DNA of 64,000 bases from the NCBI GenBank assembly GCA_963666425.2, contig OY762825.2, positions 2,112,001 to 2,176,000 on the forward strand, given 5' to 3'. Within the stretch, counting starts at the first letter, position 1; each line of letters opens with the position of its first letter. Below the pieces are notes generated by a model that was not told where the DNA came from, made no database searches, and saw nothing but the letters and a program-made list of their open reading frames with translations. Both the position numbers and the translations under genes were made by a program. This document shows positions 20,214-30,140 of this stretch, in pieces. Source of the DNA: Bacillota bacterium (GTDB lineage: Bacteria; Bacillota; JAAYKD01).

Positions 20214-20933
20214 ATGATTGGTTTAGGTACAATTGCCAATGCTGCGACAGTCATCGTCGGAGGATTATTGGGTTTAGTTTTTAAAGGCGGTCTCAAGCAG
20301 CGTTTCCAGGATATCCTGATGCAGGCCTTGGGATTGGCGACGATTTTTATTGGTGTTTCCGGTGCCTTGAAAGGGATGCTGGTGCTTGAAAACGGCAGCA
20401 TTACGACAACCGGAACGATGATGATGGTTATTTCGCTGGTTCTGGGCGCTTTGATTGGGGAATGGATTGATCTTGACAGTGCGACGGAGCGCTTTGCCGG
20501 CTGGTTAAAGCGCAGGACAAAAGCAGAAAATGATTCTTATTTCATTGATGGTTTTGTCGCCACCTCTTTGACAATCTGCGTCGGCGCCATGGCAATTGTT
20601 GGTTCCCTGGAGGATGGCTTGACCGGTAACGCCTCGATGCTTTATACAAAAGCGATTCTGGATGGCATCATCACTTTGATTTTTGCCTCTACCTATGGCA
20701 AAGGCGCCATTTTTTCCGTGCTGCCCTTGGTAGCGCTGCAGGGAAGTATTACTGCTTTTGCGCAGCTGCTGCAGCCAATCTTAACGGAGCAAACGATCGC
20801 CAATTTATCCTTTGTTGGTTCCATGCTGATTTTCTGTGTGGGCTGCAATTTGATGTTTAAAACCAAGATCAAAGTAGCGAATTTACTGCCGGCTTTATTG
20901 ATGGTCATTGCCTACGGTTTACTTCCTTTGTAA
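20214..20933 (+). CDS. DUF554 (YdfK/YqgA) membrane protein
   Basis: GTIANAATVIVGG, CVGAMAIVGSLEDG, KAILDG, KVANLLPAL. Confidence 0.88.
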   Translation: MIGLGTIANAATVIVGGLLGLVFKGGLKQRFQDILMQALGLATIFIGVSGALKGMLVLENGSITTTGTMMMVISLVLGALIGEWIDLDSATERFAGWLKRRTKAENDSYFIDGFVATSLTICVGAMAIVGSLEDGLTGNASMLYTKAILDGIITLIFASTYGKGAIFSVLPLVALQGSITAFAQLLQPILTEQTIANLSFVGSMLIFCVGCNLMFKTKIKVANLLPALLMVIAYGLLPL

Positions 20934-20968
20934 ATGAAATCACTGCAGCAAGGATAAGGAGTGAAAAT

Positions 20969-21163
20969 TTGATGAAAAACCTGATGAAATACAGTCGATC
21001 GATCGGTTTAGCATTGTGTGCCTTATACTTTTTTAGTAAAAATTACATCACCTATCCTGATTCAGTTGCCATTGGTATCTGTATCATCGGAATCATCTTG
21101 TTGTTCATCGGTTTCGCATTTGATAAGAATGCTAGAAACGGCAAAAAGCCGCTGCAGCCCTAG
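20969..21163 (+). CDS. Small two-TM membrane protein
   Basis: AAGGAG RBS, two hydrophobic segments, basic tail; fills the intergenic gap. Confidence 0.6.
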   Translation: MMKNLMKYSRSIGLALCALYFFSKNYITYPDSVAIGICIIGIILLFIGFAFDKNARNGKKPLQP

Positions 21164-21261
21164 GTAAAACAGCAGGCAAGCGCGCAGAAGAACGGTCTCA
21201 GCAGGAATGCTTTGGCTGGTTGTACTTTTTTTAATCTGTTCGATAAGGAGAGGAAGACAAG

Positions 21262-22443
21262 ATGCAGTACCGGCAGGATAAAAGCGGAAAAGACATTTCC
21301 ATATTGGGTTATGGTTGTATGCGCTTTGGCAAGAACCGTTTTGGCAGTATTGATCTCGCCAAGGCGGAGCGGGAGATCATGGCCGCTGTGGCCGGTGGGA
21401 TTAATTATTTTGATACGGCTTATGTTTATCCGGGCAGTGAAGCGGCGTTGGGAGAGATCCTGCAGAAAAATCAGTGTCGGGACAGTGTGAAAATCGCTAC
21501 GAAATTACCGCATTATCTGGTCAAGTCGCGTGAGAGCATGGAAAAGCATTTTCAGGAACAATTGCACCGTTTGCGCACGGACCATATTGATTATTACCTG
21601 ATGCATATGCTGACGGATGTCAATACTTGGCAACGCTTAAAAGCCATTGGTGTCGCCGAGTGGATCGCGGAGAAGAAAGCCAGCGGCCAGATCGGTCAGA
21701 TTGGTTTTTCATATCACGGTAATTCCACGATGTTTTTACAGCTGCTCGATGCCTATGATTGGGATTTTTGTCAAATCCAATATAACTATATCGACGAATT
21801 CAGCCAGGCCGGCAAGCAAGGTTTACAGGCTGCGAATCGCAAAGCAATTCCGGTGATCATTATGGAACCACTGCGCGGCGGCCGCCTGGTTGGTTTATTG
21901 CCGGCAGAAGCGAAAGCCGTTTTTGCTGCCGAGAGCAGGAAGCGCAGCCCGGCAGAATGGGCCTTGCGCTGGTTGTGGAATCAGCCCGAAGTAACTTGCG
22001 TCTTGTCCGGCATGAATTCTCTGGAGATGGTGACGGAAAATCTGCGGGTTGCTTCAGAAGCGCGGCCGGGCGAGTTTACGGAAAAAGAGTTCCAGCTGAT
22101 TGAACAGGTAAAAACCATCATCAACAGCAAGACCAAAGTTGGCTGCACCGGCTGCGGCTATTGCATGCCTTGTCCGCAGGGAGTGGATATTCCGGGGACC
22201 TTTCGCTGTTGGAATGCGATGTATACGGAAAATAAACAAAGCGGCAGAAATGATTATCTGATGAGTACTGTCCTGCGGGCGAAAGCCAGCGGAGCGTCTC
22301 ATTGCATTGGCTGCGGCAAGTGTGAACCGCACTGTCCGCAGGCGATTTCCATCCGCAAAGAACTGAAAAGCGCCGCCGCGGATCTGGAAACATTCAGCTA
22401 CAAGGTAGCTGAGAAAGCGATCTCTTGGTTTCGGCTTTGGTAA
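21262..22443 (+). CDS. Aldo/keto reductase with C-terminal 4Fe-4S dicluster
   Basis: LGYGCMR, GINYFDTAYVY, IATKLP, MEPLRGG, CTGCGYCMPCP, CIGCGKCEPHCP. Confidence 0.92.
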   Translation: MQYRQDKSGKDISILGYGCMRFGKNRFGSIDLAKAEREIMAAVAGGINYFDTAYVYPGSEAALGEILQKNQCRDSVKIATKLPHYLVKSRESMEKHFQEQLHRLRTDHIDYYLMHMLTDVNTWQRLKAIGVAEWIAEKKASGQIGQIGFSYHGNSTMFLQLLDAYDWDFCQIQYNYIDEFSQAGKQGLQAANRKAIPVIIMEPLRGGRLVGLLPAEAKAVFAAESRKRSPAEWALRWLWNQPEVTCVLSGMNSLEMVTENLRVASEARPGEFTEKEFQLIEQVKTIINSKTKVGCTGCGYCMPCPQGVDIPGTFRCWNAMYTENKQSGRNDYLMSTVLRAKASGASHCIGCGKCEPHCPQAISIRKELKSAAADLETFSYKVAEKAISWFRLW

Positions 22444-22618
22444 GCAGGCAATTCTGAACGACAGGCATCGCAGCAGCGGCGCCTGTTTGTTGTTAGCAAG
22501 GCAGAATCAATTTGCTAAAAAGCGGTGGCCGCAGGGACAGCATCACGATTTTACCAAAGATTAGCAAAGCAAAGGAATACCGACTTCGTTTCGCGAAAAA
22601 GACAAAAAAGGAAAAGGA

Positions 22619-23599
22619 GTGACAGCTATGTTATTTGATGACCGAAGTGTGACGATCTGCCGTTATCTGGAGATCACTTTCGATTTGAATGACTTGTATC
22701 ACGAACAATATGAAGCCATGGCGGAACAGGAAAGCCTGCAGAAATTTGATCTTGAATCGGCAGTGGACAGCCTGACCGAAGCCAAAATAGAACTGCTTGG
22801 GGTTTTGGCGGAATGCAATCATTTATCAGACGAATCGGCGGCAGCGGAAGAAGCGGATGAAGTACTGCAGGCGATGATCGACTTTCAGGAGTTGCTGCTG
22901 CGGCGGAACTTCAATTTTCTGGAATTCCTCGTCCGTTTGCAAGCAAAACCAATTCCTGCCGAGAAAAGATATGCAGACTATCTCGGCCGCCCGGAATGCA
23001 GGGAACTGACCAGACTCGAAGAGATGGGAGAAAAAGCGTTTGATCTGCTGGAAGAAGTAGCGGAACCATTTATGGAAAAATGGCAGGATGCCGCCGAACA
23101 GGATGGGGATCCCGAGGAAAATGCAGAGGATGAGGGAGACTTTTCCGACGCCAAACCCAATGAATTAAGCGGATACAATGACTTGGTCACCGCCTTGGAA
23201 GAGATTTTTCATTATTATTTGAAAAATCGCCAAGACGAAAGGACCGCTGAGTTTTGGCAGAAATTGGCGCATAATCTGGAGCATTTCGGCGCAGGTCAGG
23301 ATAACCACGAGGTATTTGCTTTTTCTTTCGTTCTGCATTCAACGGAAGGTTTGAAGTATATCGATTTCTATGTGGATATCGACTCAATTGAGGTTTCCTC
23401 CGGCGGTTATTTATTCGATGCGAAGACCGGCGGTGACGCTTATACCGACTGGCTTTATAATGTGTGGAATAATGGTCGGGAAGTCAACGCAGTGAAAATG
23501 GCGGATCTGGCGAACCTTGTGATCATGATGATCAATCTGGGCGTAGAAATTTCGATTGAATTGCCGGAGAAATTTGCCGATCCGGAAGAGAAAAAATAA
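22619..23599 (+). CDS. Hypothetical acidic protein
   Basis: 326-aa E/D-rich ORF, AAGGAG RBS, no recognised family. Confidence 0.7.
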   Translation: MTAMLFDDRSVTICRYLEITFDLNDLYHEQYEAMAEQESLQKFDLESAVDSLTEAKIELLGVLAECNHLSDESAAAEEADEVLQAMIDFQELLLRRNFNFLEFLVRLQAKPIPAEKRYADYLGRPECRELTRLEEMGEKAFDLLEEVAEPFMEKWQDAAEQDGDPEENAEDEGDFSDAKPNELSGYNDLVTALEEIFHYYLKNRQDERTAEFWQKLAHNLEHFGAGQDNHEVFAFSFVLHSTEGLKYIDFYVDIDSIEVSSGGYLFDAKTGGDAYTDWLYNVWNNGREVNAVKMADLANLVIMMINLGVEISIELPEKFADPEEKK

Positions 23600-23706
23600 A
23601 GCAGCAGCCAGAAGAGGAGAACGGGAACGCAAGATGGATACACAAACTATCTTGGCACTCCTGAACGAATCCGATGCGATTTCATTGGGTCGGTTGATTT
23701 AAAAAT

Positions 23707-23744
23707 AAAAGCGTTAGGTGAAAAAGATCACCCAACGCTTTTTT
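23707..23744. terminator. Bidirectional terminator
   Basis: AAAAGCGTTAGGTGA...TCACCCAACGCTTTT between convergent genes. Confidence 0.7.
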
Positions 23745-23760
23745 AAAAGTACGGAGTCGT

Positions 23761-25317
23761 TTATTTTGTTTTTTGCAGCTGCAGGCCTAAAATCCGTCCG
23801 CCTTCCAGCTGCAGACCGGTTATTTTGCCGCTTTGGTCTTTTTGGAAACGGAAGACGCCGTTGAAATCTTCATTCCAGGCAAAGAAGCTGTCTTCGCATT
23901 CGGCAAAACGGTAGAGCCGATGCGTGCCGTGCCGGAAATGGCTGACGAATAGATGGCCATCTTTGGCGCCGATTGTATAATTAGTGGCAATCTCATCGCT
24001 GTGATAGCAGCCACAATAAGTTTCGGCCAGGGCTTGATCGACGACGCCATCCGGTGCAGCGGTAAAGAGCGTCATCGTTGCTCCGGTCAGGCTGATCAAT
24101 TTTTCCGGCCAGACCAGCAGTTCGGTTAAACCGTAACCCAAACGATAGCGATTGCCTTTGATATGGCGCAGCGGTACTTCACCGCGGTAGAAGAGCCCGT
24201 TTTTTTCTTTTATGATGAAAGCCTCCGGACCGCTCGGGTTGAGATAATTCCCTGCGGTCGGCAGGATGACTTGTTCTGTTTCCTTTTCGTGCAGAGCCGG
24301 CGTTTCCTCCGGCAATTCGAGTACGAGATTGGCAATCTTCCTGGCCATTAAGCTCATCAGCAGGTTTTGTGTGTTGCTCAAGAGCACAATATCCAAATCA
24401 TCATCGGTCAAACGCATGACGTGGGCTCGGAATGCGGCATCGGCACCGCCGTGTTCCAGATAAGCATGGCCTTGATATTCGCCGCATTGCAAACCACCGC
24501 CGTAGGAGCTGCGCTTACCATCCGCTAAGATCGGACGCTGCAGCATCAAAGCCATGGTGGCCGCTGTACCTATTTTCGGCGTGCGGTAATGATCCAGCAG
24601 CCGCATCAGGTCATGGGCGGTGGTGTGCAAAGAAGTGGCGCCGTAGGTGCCATAGTTCAGCACATTCCAGCTGAAAACACCTTCGCCGTTATCGTGATAA
24701 GCATAGGCACGCCGGTCGATCAATTGCCAGTAGGTTTCCCGAATCGTGCTGGCAGCCATACCCAATGGCGTGAAGATGCGCTGTTTGGCAAACTCGCCAA
24801 AGCTTTGTCCGCTGACTTTTTCCACCAGCATCGCCAGCAAACTGAAATTGCTGTTGCTGTACAGATAACGGCTGCCCGGCGTAAAGTTCAGGTGCTTTTG
24901 CAAACGAATGATATTGGCCACATCGCGCATCGTAATCGTGTCATCGATGCGCACACCATGGTAGATCAGAGCCTCCCATTGATCCCGGATGCCGCTGACC
25001 ATATTCATCATTTGCCGCAGACTGACGGGTTCCTCGAATTGGATCAGCTCGGGCAGATAGCGCCGCACATCATCGTCGAGATTGACTTTGCCGTCTTCCT
25101 GCAGGAGCAGAACCGCCAGCGCCGTGACCTGTTTGGAGACCGAAGCAACATGAAAGACCGTGTCGCCGGTGATGGGAATTTGGTGCTCCAAGTTGGCATA
25201 ACCAAAACATTTTTCGTAGATGACTTTACCTTTTTGACGGACCAGGATCTGTCCGCCGGGACAGAGACCTTGCTGCCAAAGTCCAAACAAAGCGTCGATC
25301 TTTTGCGTTTGATTCAT
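23761..25317 (-). CDS. Serine hydrolase, D-aminopeptidase/beta-lactamase-like
   Basis: FHVASVSKQ (SxxK), YSN, HGG; start at MNQTQK. Confidence 0.85.
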   Translation of the reverse strand: MNQTQKIDALFGLWQQGLCPGGQILVRQKGKVIYEKCFGYANLEHQIPITGDTVFHVASVSKQVTALAVLLLQEDGKVNLDDDVRRYLPELIQFEEPVSLRQMMNMVSGIRDQWEALIYHGVRIDDTITMRDVANIIRLQKHLNFTPGSRYLYSNSNFSLLAMLVEKVSGQSFGEFAKQRIFTPLGMAASTIRETYWQLIDRRAYAYHDNGEGVFSWNVLNYGTYGATSLHTTAHDLMRLLDHYRTPKIGTAATMALMLQRPILADGKRSSYGGGLQCGEYQGHAYLEHGGADAAFRAHVMRLTDDDLDIVLLSNTQNLLMSLMARKIANLVLELPEETPALHEKETEQVILPTAGNYLNPSGPEAFIIKEKNGLFYRGEVPLRHIKGNRYRLGYGLTELLVWPEKLISLTGATMTLFTAAPDGVVDQALAETYCGCYHSDEIATNYTIGAKDGHLFVSHFRHGTHRLYRFAECEDSFFAWNEDFNGVFRFQKDQSGKITGLQLEGGRILGLQLQKTK

Positions 25318-25327
25318 CTTGCTTGCC

Positions 25328-26383
25328 TCACTTTTTTTTATTTTCCGGCAGCAGAGGATGCCGTACCATCGCCTGCTGCTTGTGCTTTTGGTCCACTGCC
25401 GCATAAATTTGTGTGCTGGACAGATCGGTGTGACCGAGGAGTTCTTTCAATACGTTGATATCTGCGCCATTGAGATAGAGCAGGGTGGCAAAGGTATGGC
25501 GCAGTTTATGCGGCGTGATGCGTTTGGAGGGATCCTCCAGGTCCAGTTTTGCCACTGCCTTCTCGACGACACCGCGGATGCCGCGCGTGGTAATCCGCCG
25601 CAGTTTGCTGGAAATAAATAAAGCATCCTTATTTTCTCCGGCCTGCTCCTCTAATTGTTTCCTGGCATAATCCATCGGGGCAGCGTCAATCTGCTTATGT
25701 TTGAAAGCAGCCGGGTTCGGACGAACCTGCAGGTAATCGCTGATCAGCTTCAGGACATATTCCGTCAGGGGGATTTCACGGATTTTATTGCCTTTGCCAT
25801 GCACAATCAGCAGCATATCATGCCATTTGACATCAGTGAGATTCAAACCGGCTACTTCGGAAATGCGCAGTCCGCAGAACAGCATCAGGCCGACCATGGC
25901 CAGATCGCGTTTGGCAAAACGGCTTTCCTCTGCCATCGACGTCAGTAATTGCGCCGCTTCTTCCTGCTCCAGATAGATATGGCTGCCGGAGTTCTTGGTC
26001 AGTTTGGCGTAACGGATGTTGACGGCCGGGTTGATTGTGATCTGATGCTCTTCATAGAGAAAACGGAAAAAAGAGCGATAAGTGGAAAGGTGGCGGTTGA
26101 GCGTTTTCGGCGAAAGATCCTGCGACAAACGTAAGTAATCCAAAAAATCGCGCAGTATCAGACTATCGACCTGGGCGAACGCGCTGATTTTCTGCAGCCG
26201 TAAGTAAATCACAAAAGTCGCCAGATCATAACCATATTCGATGATGGTTAAGGGAGAATGATTCTGGCGGGCGTATTCATTTTGGAAACGTTCTACCCAA
26301 TGCCAAAGAGCCAGGGTCTCCGCATCTGGGTCCAGGCGATTGCCTTCCGCATCCATCCGAAAAAGTTTGTCAGGGTATGACAA
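25328..26383 (-). CDS. Tyrosine recombinase, XerC/XerD-like
   Basis: SAM-like N-domain, GLRISE, GKGNK, HKLRHTFAT, LLGH, TQIY: catalytic set complete. Confidence 0.9.
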   Translation of the reverse strand: MSYPDKLFRMDAEGNRLDPDAETLALWHWVERFQNEYARQNHSPLTIIEYGYDLATFVIYLRLQKISAFAQVDSLILRDFLDYLRLSQDLSPKTLNRHLSTYRSFFRFLYEEHQITINPAVNIRYAKLTKNSGSHIYLEQEEAAQLLTSMAEESRFAKRDLAMVGLMLFCGLRISEVAGLNLTDVKWHDMLLIVHGKGNKIREIPLTEYVLKLISDYLQVRPNPAAFKHKQIDAAPMDYARKQLEEQAGENKDALFISSKLRRITTRGIRGVVEKAVAKLDLEDPSKRITPHKLRHTFATLLYLNGADINVLKELLGHTDLSSTQIYAAVDQKHKQQAMVRHPLLPENKKK

Positions 26384-26389
26384 TGAAAA

Positions 26390-27601
26390 TCAGCTTCCTT
26401 TCCTGACAGGTTGTTCCTGCAGAACTGCCTGATCAATTTCATGGGCACCGTCGGCGATTTCGGCTGGATAAAAGCTAGGAGTACGGCCTGTTTTTTCCAG
26501 GTAGACTGCGCTGATTGTTGCTTTAAATGCTTCAATTTGACTGCAGGGCAGCAGATTGATGGTACAGCCGCCAAAACCGGCGCCGGTCATTCGGGCACCC
26601 AGGACACCGGGGATGTTTTGCGCCGTCTGGGCCAAACAATCCAGCTCCGCTCCGGTTACTTCATAATCATCACGCAGAGAAGCGTGCGAAGCATTGAGCA
26701 GCAAACCGAATGACACGAAATCACCTGCCGCCAAGGCTGCCGAGGCACTTAACACTCTGGCGTTTTCACTAATCACATGCCTGGCTCGCCGCAAGAGCAA
26801 ATCGTCTTGCAGAACAGCGCTTACGTTAGCGAATTGTGCCGGCGTGATGTCTGCCAGATTGGCAGCCTGCGGCAGCACTTTCTGCAGCAGGTTCAGAGCG
26901 GTTTCACATTCCTGCCGGCGTTGGTTATACTTGCTTTGCACCAGCGAACGGGGATAATTGCTGTTGACTATCAAGAAGCGATTATCACCCAAGTGCAGCG
27001 GGACGGTTTGATAGCGCAAATCGGTACAGTGCAGCAGCAGCGCATGGTTCGCTTTGCCCATCGCGGCGGCGAACTGATCCATGATGCCGCATTGCAGGCC
27101 AATGAAATCGCACTCTGCGGTCTGCGCCAGCGTTGCCAGGCGCAGAGCGGGGATTTGCAGCTGATTGAGCCGGTTGAGTGCTGTGGCTGTCACCAGCTCG
27201 ATAGCGGCGGAAGAGGAGAGGCCGCTGGCCAAAGGAATCGTTTCGTGATAATAGAGATCACAGCCCCGCAGCTGACATCCTTGCTGCTGCAGGACGTGAG
27301 CGACCGCTACTTGGTAGCTGCCCCATGGTTCCCGCAAGTAATCGGCTAAATGATCGAGATCCACCTGCAGCAGATGCGGCCACTGACTGTCCGCCAGGCG
27401 CAGGAGGCGGTCGTTGCGCGGCCGCGCCATTAAGAAGGAACCAAGCTCCAGCGCTGCCGGCAGGACATAACCTCCGTTATAATCCGTGTGCTCGCCGATT
27501 AAATTAATCCGCCCCGGTGCCAAAAAGCAGCGGATGCCGTTGGCGCTGCCGCCAAAAATTCCGAGAAAATCCGCCAGCATGGTTTGCAGTATTTGATCCA
27601 T
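26390..27601 (-). CDS. galK: Galactokinase
   Basis: APGRINLIGEHTDYN, GLSSSAA, CGIMDQ, GARMTGAGFGG; start MDQILQ after AAGGAG. Confidence 0.95.
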   Translation of the reverse strand: MDQILQTMLADFLGIFGGSANGIRCFLAPGRINLIGEHTDYNGGYVLPAALELGSFLMARPRNDRLLRLADSQWPHLLQVDLDHLADYLREPWGSYQVAVAHVLQQQGCQLRGCDLYYHETIPLASGLSSSAAIELVTATALNRLNQLQIPALRLATLAQTAECDFIGLQCGIMDQFAAAMGKANHALLLHCTDLRYQTVPLHLGDNRFLIVNSNYPRSLVQSKYNQRRQECETALNLLQKVLPQAANLADITPAQFANVSAVLQDDLLLRRARHVISENARVLSASAALAAGDFVSFGLLLNASHASLRDDYEVTGAELDCLAQTAQNIPGVLGARMTGAGFGGCTINLLPCSQIEAFKATISAVYLEKTGRTPSFYPAEIADGAHEIDQAVLQEQPVRKGS

Positions 27602-27758
27602 TTTTATGAAAACTCCTTCGCTTGCGATTGATGAACTGCGATAGAGAAAAAGGTCGGTTGCCTTCTGCAACAATGTTAGAAATACTTCTCTTTTCAGGCA
27701 GGAAAGCCCTTCCCGAAAGTCAAATACTTTAAGCAATACGGGAAAAGGAGTGATTTGA

Positions 27759-28832
27759 ATGGCGAATAAACAATTAACCGCGGATATTACCAATGCTTTC
27801 GGACCATCCGGATACGAAGAAGATGTGGTGGAAGTCATTAAGCGCTACACCACGGATTTTCAGGTGAAAGTTGACCCGATGCATAATGTCTATGCCCGTT
27901 TCAAACAGGAAGCCAGCGACCAACCGGTCATCCAGCTTGATGCGCATAGCGATGAACTCGGTTTTATGGTGCAGTCCATTCGCGCCAATGGCATGATCGA
28001 TTTCCTCAATCTCGGCGGTTGGATTCTGACCAATGTTCCTGCGCACCAGGTCGTGATTAAAAACGGCCGGGGAGAATATGTGAAAGGAATTACCAGTTCC
28101 AAACCACCGCATTTCATGTCTGCGGCAGAAAAGAGCAAATACCCGGAGCAGAGCGATATCACCATTGATGTCGGCGCCACCAGCCGCGATGAAGTGATGA
28201 ATCTGTTTGGCATCCAGCCCGGTGATCCGATCATGCCGGACGTGACCTGCCTGTATAATCCGGTCAGCAAAGTGTTTATGAGCAAGGCGTTCGACAACCG
28301 CATCGGCTGCCAGTGCATCATCGAGACAATGGAAAACCTGAAGAATGTCAAACTCCAAATCAACCCGGTTGGCGCCTTTGCCGCTCAGGAAGAAGTCGGC
28401 TGCCGCGGTGCCAAAGTGACGGCTCAGGTGGTCAAACCGGATTTTGCCATTGTTTTTGAAGGCTCTCCCTCCGATGATTTCTTCACCGATCAATTTACCG
28501 CGCAGTGCCGTCTGAAACATGGAGTTCAGATCCGGGTGATTGACGGCGGCATGATTTCGCATGCCGGCTTCCTGCGCTATGCGAAAAAAATTGCCGAAGC
28601 CAAGCAAATCCCTTATCAAATTGGGGTACGCCGCTCCGGCTCGACCGATGGTTCTGCGATTCATACCGCGAATCACGCCGTTCCCTGTCTGGTCTTGGGG
28701 ATTCCCACCCGCTATGCTCACACGCATTACTGCTATTTGGCGGAGGAAGATCTGGATGCAACCATTCGCCTGGCGACTGAGATCATCAAATCACTGAATG
28801 CAGAGACGATGAAGGAAATCACCGGCTGTTAG
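27759..28832 (+). CDS. M42 family metallo-aminopeptidase
   Basis: GPSGYE, DAHSDELG, KAFDNRIG, QEEVG, PTRYAH. Confidence 0.92.
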   Translation: MANKQLTADITNAFGPSGYEEDVVEVIKRYTTDFQVKVDPMHNVYARFKQEASDQPVIQLDAHSDELGFMVQSIRANGMIDFLNLGGWILTNVPAHQVVIKNGRGEYVKGITSSKPPHFMSAAEKSKYPEQSDITIDVGATSRDEVMNLFGIQPGDPIMPDVTCLYNPVSKVFMSKAFDNRIGCQCIIETMENLKNVKLQINPVGAFAAQEEVGCRGAKVTAQVVKPDFAIVFEGSPSDDFFTDQFTAQCRLKHGVQIRVIDGGMISHAGFLRYAKKIAEAKQIPYQIGVRRSGSTDGSAIHTANHAVPCLVLGIPTRYAHTHYCYLAEEDLDATIRLATEIIKSLNAETMKEITGC

Positions 28833-28852
28833 GTAATATTTAAAAAGCACAA

Positions 28853-28899
28853 AAAAACGGAGCTGCAGCGATCTGAGAAATCGCTGCAGTTCCGTTTTT
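28853..28899. terminator. Intrinsic terminator
   Basis: AAAAACGGAGCTGCAGCGAT...ATCGCTGCAGTTCCGTTTTT. Confidence 0.8.
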
Positions 28900-29022
28900 G
28901 AATTGCAAACTCACTCTGCTTAAGGTAAAAGGAAGGGAGTACCTACCAGTCAACCGCCTCAGCCGACAGAACATCTTGCCGCGCTACTTATGCTTGCGGC
29001 CGTTATGCAGTCGGAAGCGCGT

Positions 29023-29631
29023 CTAGCGGCCGACAAACGATACTAACAAAGACAATAGGATGGGTACGGCTGCCGAGCAGACGACGCCGTGCAGGATAGC
29101 AATCATGGTGACATCCGAGCCTCCGCAGCGGCTGATGATGGGCAGGGTGGTGTCCATCGTGGTCGCACCGCCGATTGTGAGGGCGGCGATGCCGATGTCC
29201 AGCTCAAAGAGCAGTGGTACAAGCAGGAAGGTCAGCAGTTCGCGGATGATATTGGTCAGGAAAGCAATCGCGCCGTATTGGGCGCCTAAGCTTGCCGTCA
29301 AAATTGCACCGGAGATGGAATACCAGCCCATGCCGCCGCCAATGGCGGCGCCCTGCCAAAAACCCAGGTTCAAAAAGAGGCCGGTCAAGGCACCGCCCAG
29401 CACCGAGCCGACGATGGAAAAAAGGGGTAGACAGAAAACAAGTTTCGGCATTTTTTTTAATTTCCCCCAGATATCGCCGGTAAAAGCCATCTCGGCTCCG
29501 ATTAGGAATAACATCAGATAAAGAATCCAATGCGAGGAAGAGACAGCCAAAGCAACAAAAGAGGCAGGCAGCAGGAAATAACCGGCCAGGATGCCACCGG
29601 CTAAAACAAAAATGATCAGCAGAATCATCAT
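29023..29631 (-). CDS. LysO-family lysine exporter (large part)
   Basis: GMGWYSISG, NIIRELL, GGATTMDTTLP; ATGA overlap with upstream ORF. Confidence 0.88.
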   Translation of the reverse strand: MMILLIIFVLAGGILAGYFLLPASFVALAVSSSHWILYLMLFLIGAEMAFTGDIWGKLKKMPKLVFCLPLFSIVGSVLGGALTGLFLNLGFWQGAAIGGGMGWYSISGAILTASLGAQYGAIAFLTNIIRELLTFLLVPLLFELDIGIAALTIGGATTMDTTLPIISRCGGSDVTMIAILHGVVCSAAVPILLSLLVSFVGR

Positions 29632-29927
29632 GGCTTCACCATCGCTTTCATCAGCGCTTGCCGGTGCTTTAGCCAAAGTGACAGAGGCAGCGCCAGCAAT
29701 ACGCTGCCGGTTGCCGTAAAAACAGCGAAAAAGGCGGCTTGCCAACCGATCGAGCCGATGGCAGCCATCACCGCCGGATTGCCTCCTACCTGGATTCCCA
29801 TGGCGAAGATCAGGAAAAATAGGCCAAGAGAAATCCCAAATTGAATGTAGCGGCGAATGGATGTCCTTTTACGAGCCAAATAACCGGCGCATCCACCCAG
29901 GGACAACGCCAATAATAAATAAAACAC
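29628..29927 (-). CDS. LysO-family N-terminal partner (DUF340-like)
   Basis: Three TM segments, LIFAMGIQVG; split LysO pair. Confidence 0.78.
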   Translation of the reverse strand: MFYLLLALSLGGCAGYLARKRTSIRRYIQFGISLGLFFLIFAMGIQVGGNPAVMAAIGSIGWQAAFFAVFTATGSVLLALPLSLWLKHRQALMKAMVKP

Positions 29928-30140
29928 TGCGGGATCCCCCTTTCAAAGAATTGTATCATCTATCATAGTATAGCCCGAAAGAAAGGCTTTGGCAACGCTT
30001 CCTTCCGGTAAGTTTTCCAGAAGAGAATTGCTGTAAAAAGAGAGTTGCCTCTAAATCGGTGAAAAATAAAGGGTCGGGACTGTCAAAAAGCGAATAGTGT
30101 CGAATTCCAATCAGGTGTTCAGAGCAATCGCGCGGAGGTC

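Noticed and set aside
24589-25458. 289-aa ORF antisense to the serine hydrolase
   Set aside because: Shadow ORF with no recognisable domain
25328-26383. Tyrosine recombinase as a prophage or ICE marker
   Set aside because: No phage or conjugation genes, att repeats or adjacent tRNA; Xer-like size
27774-28727. 317-aa ORF antisense to the M42 peptidase
   Set aside because: Shadow ORF explained by codon bias of the real gene
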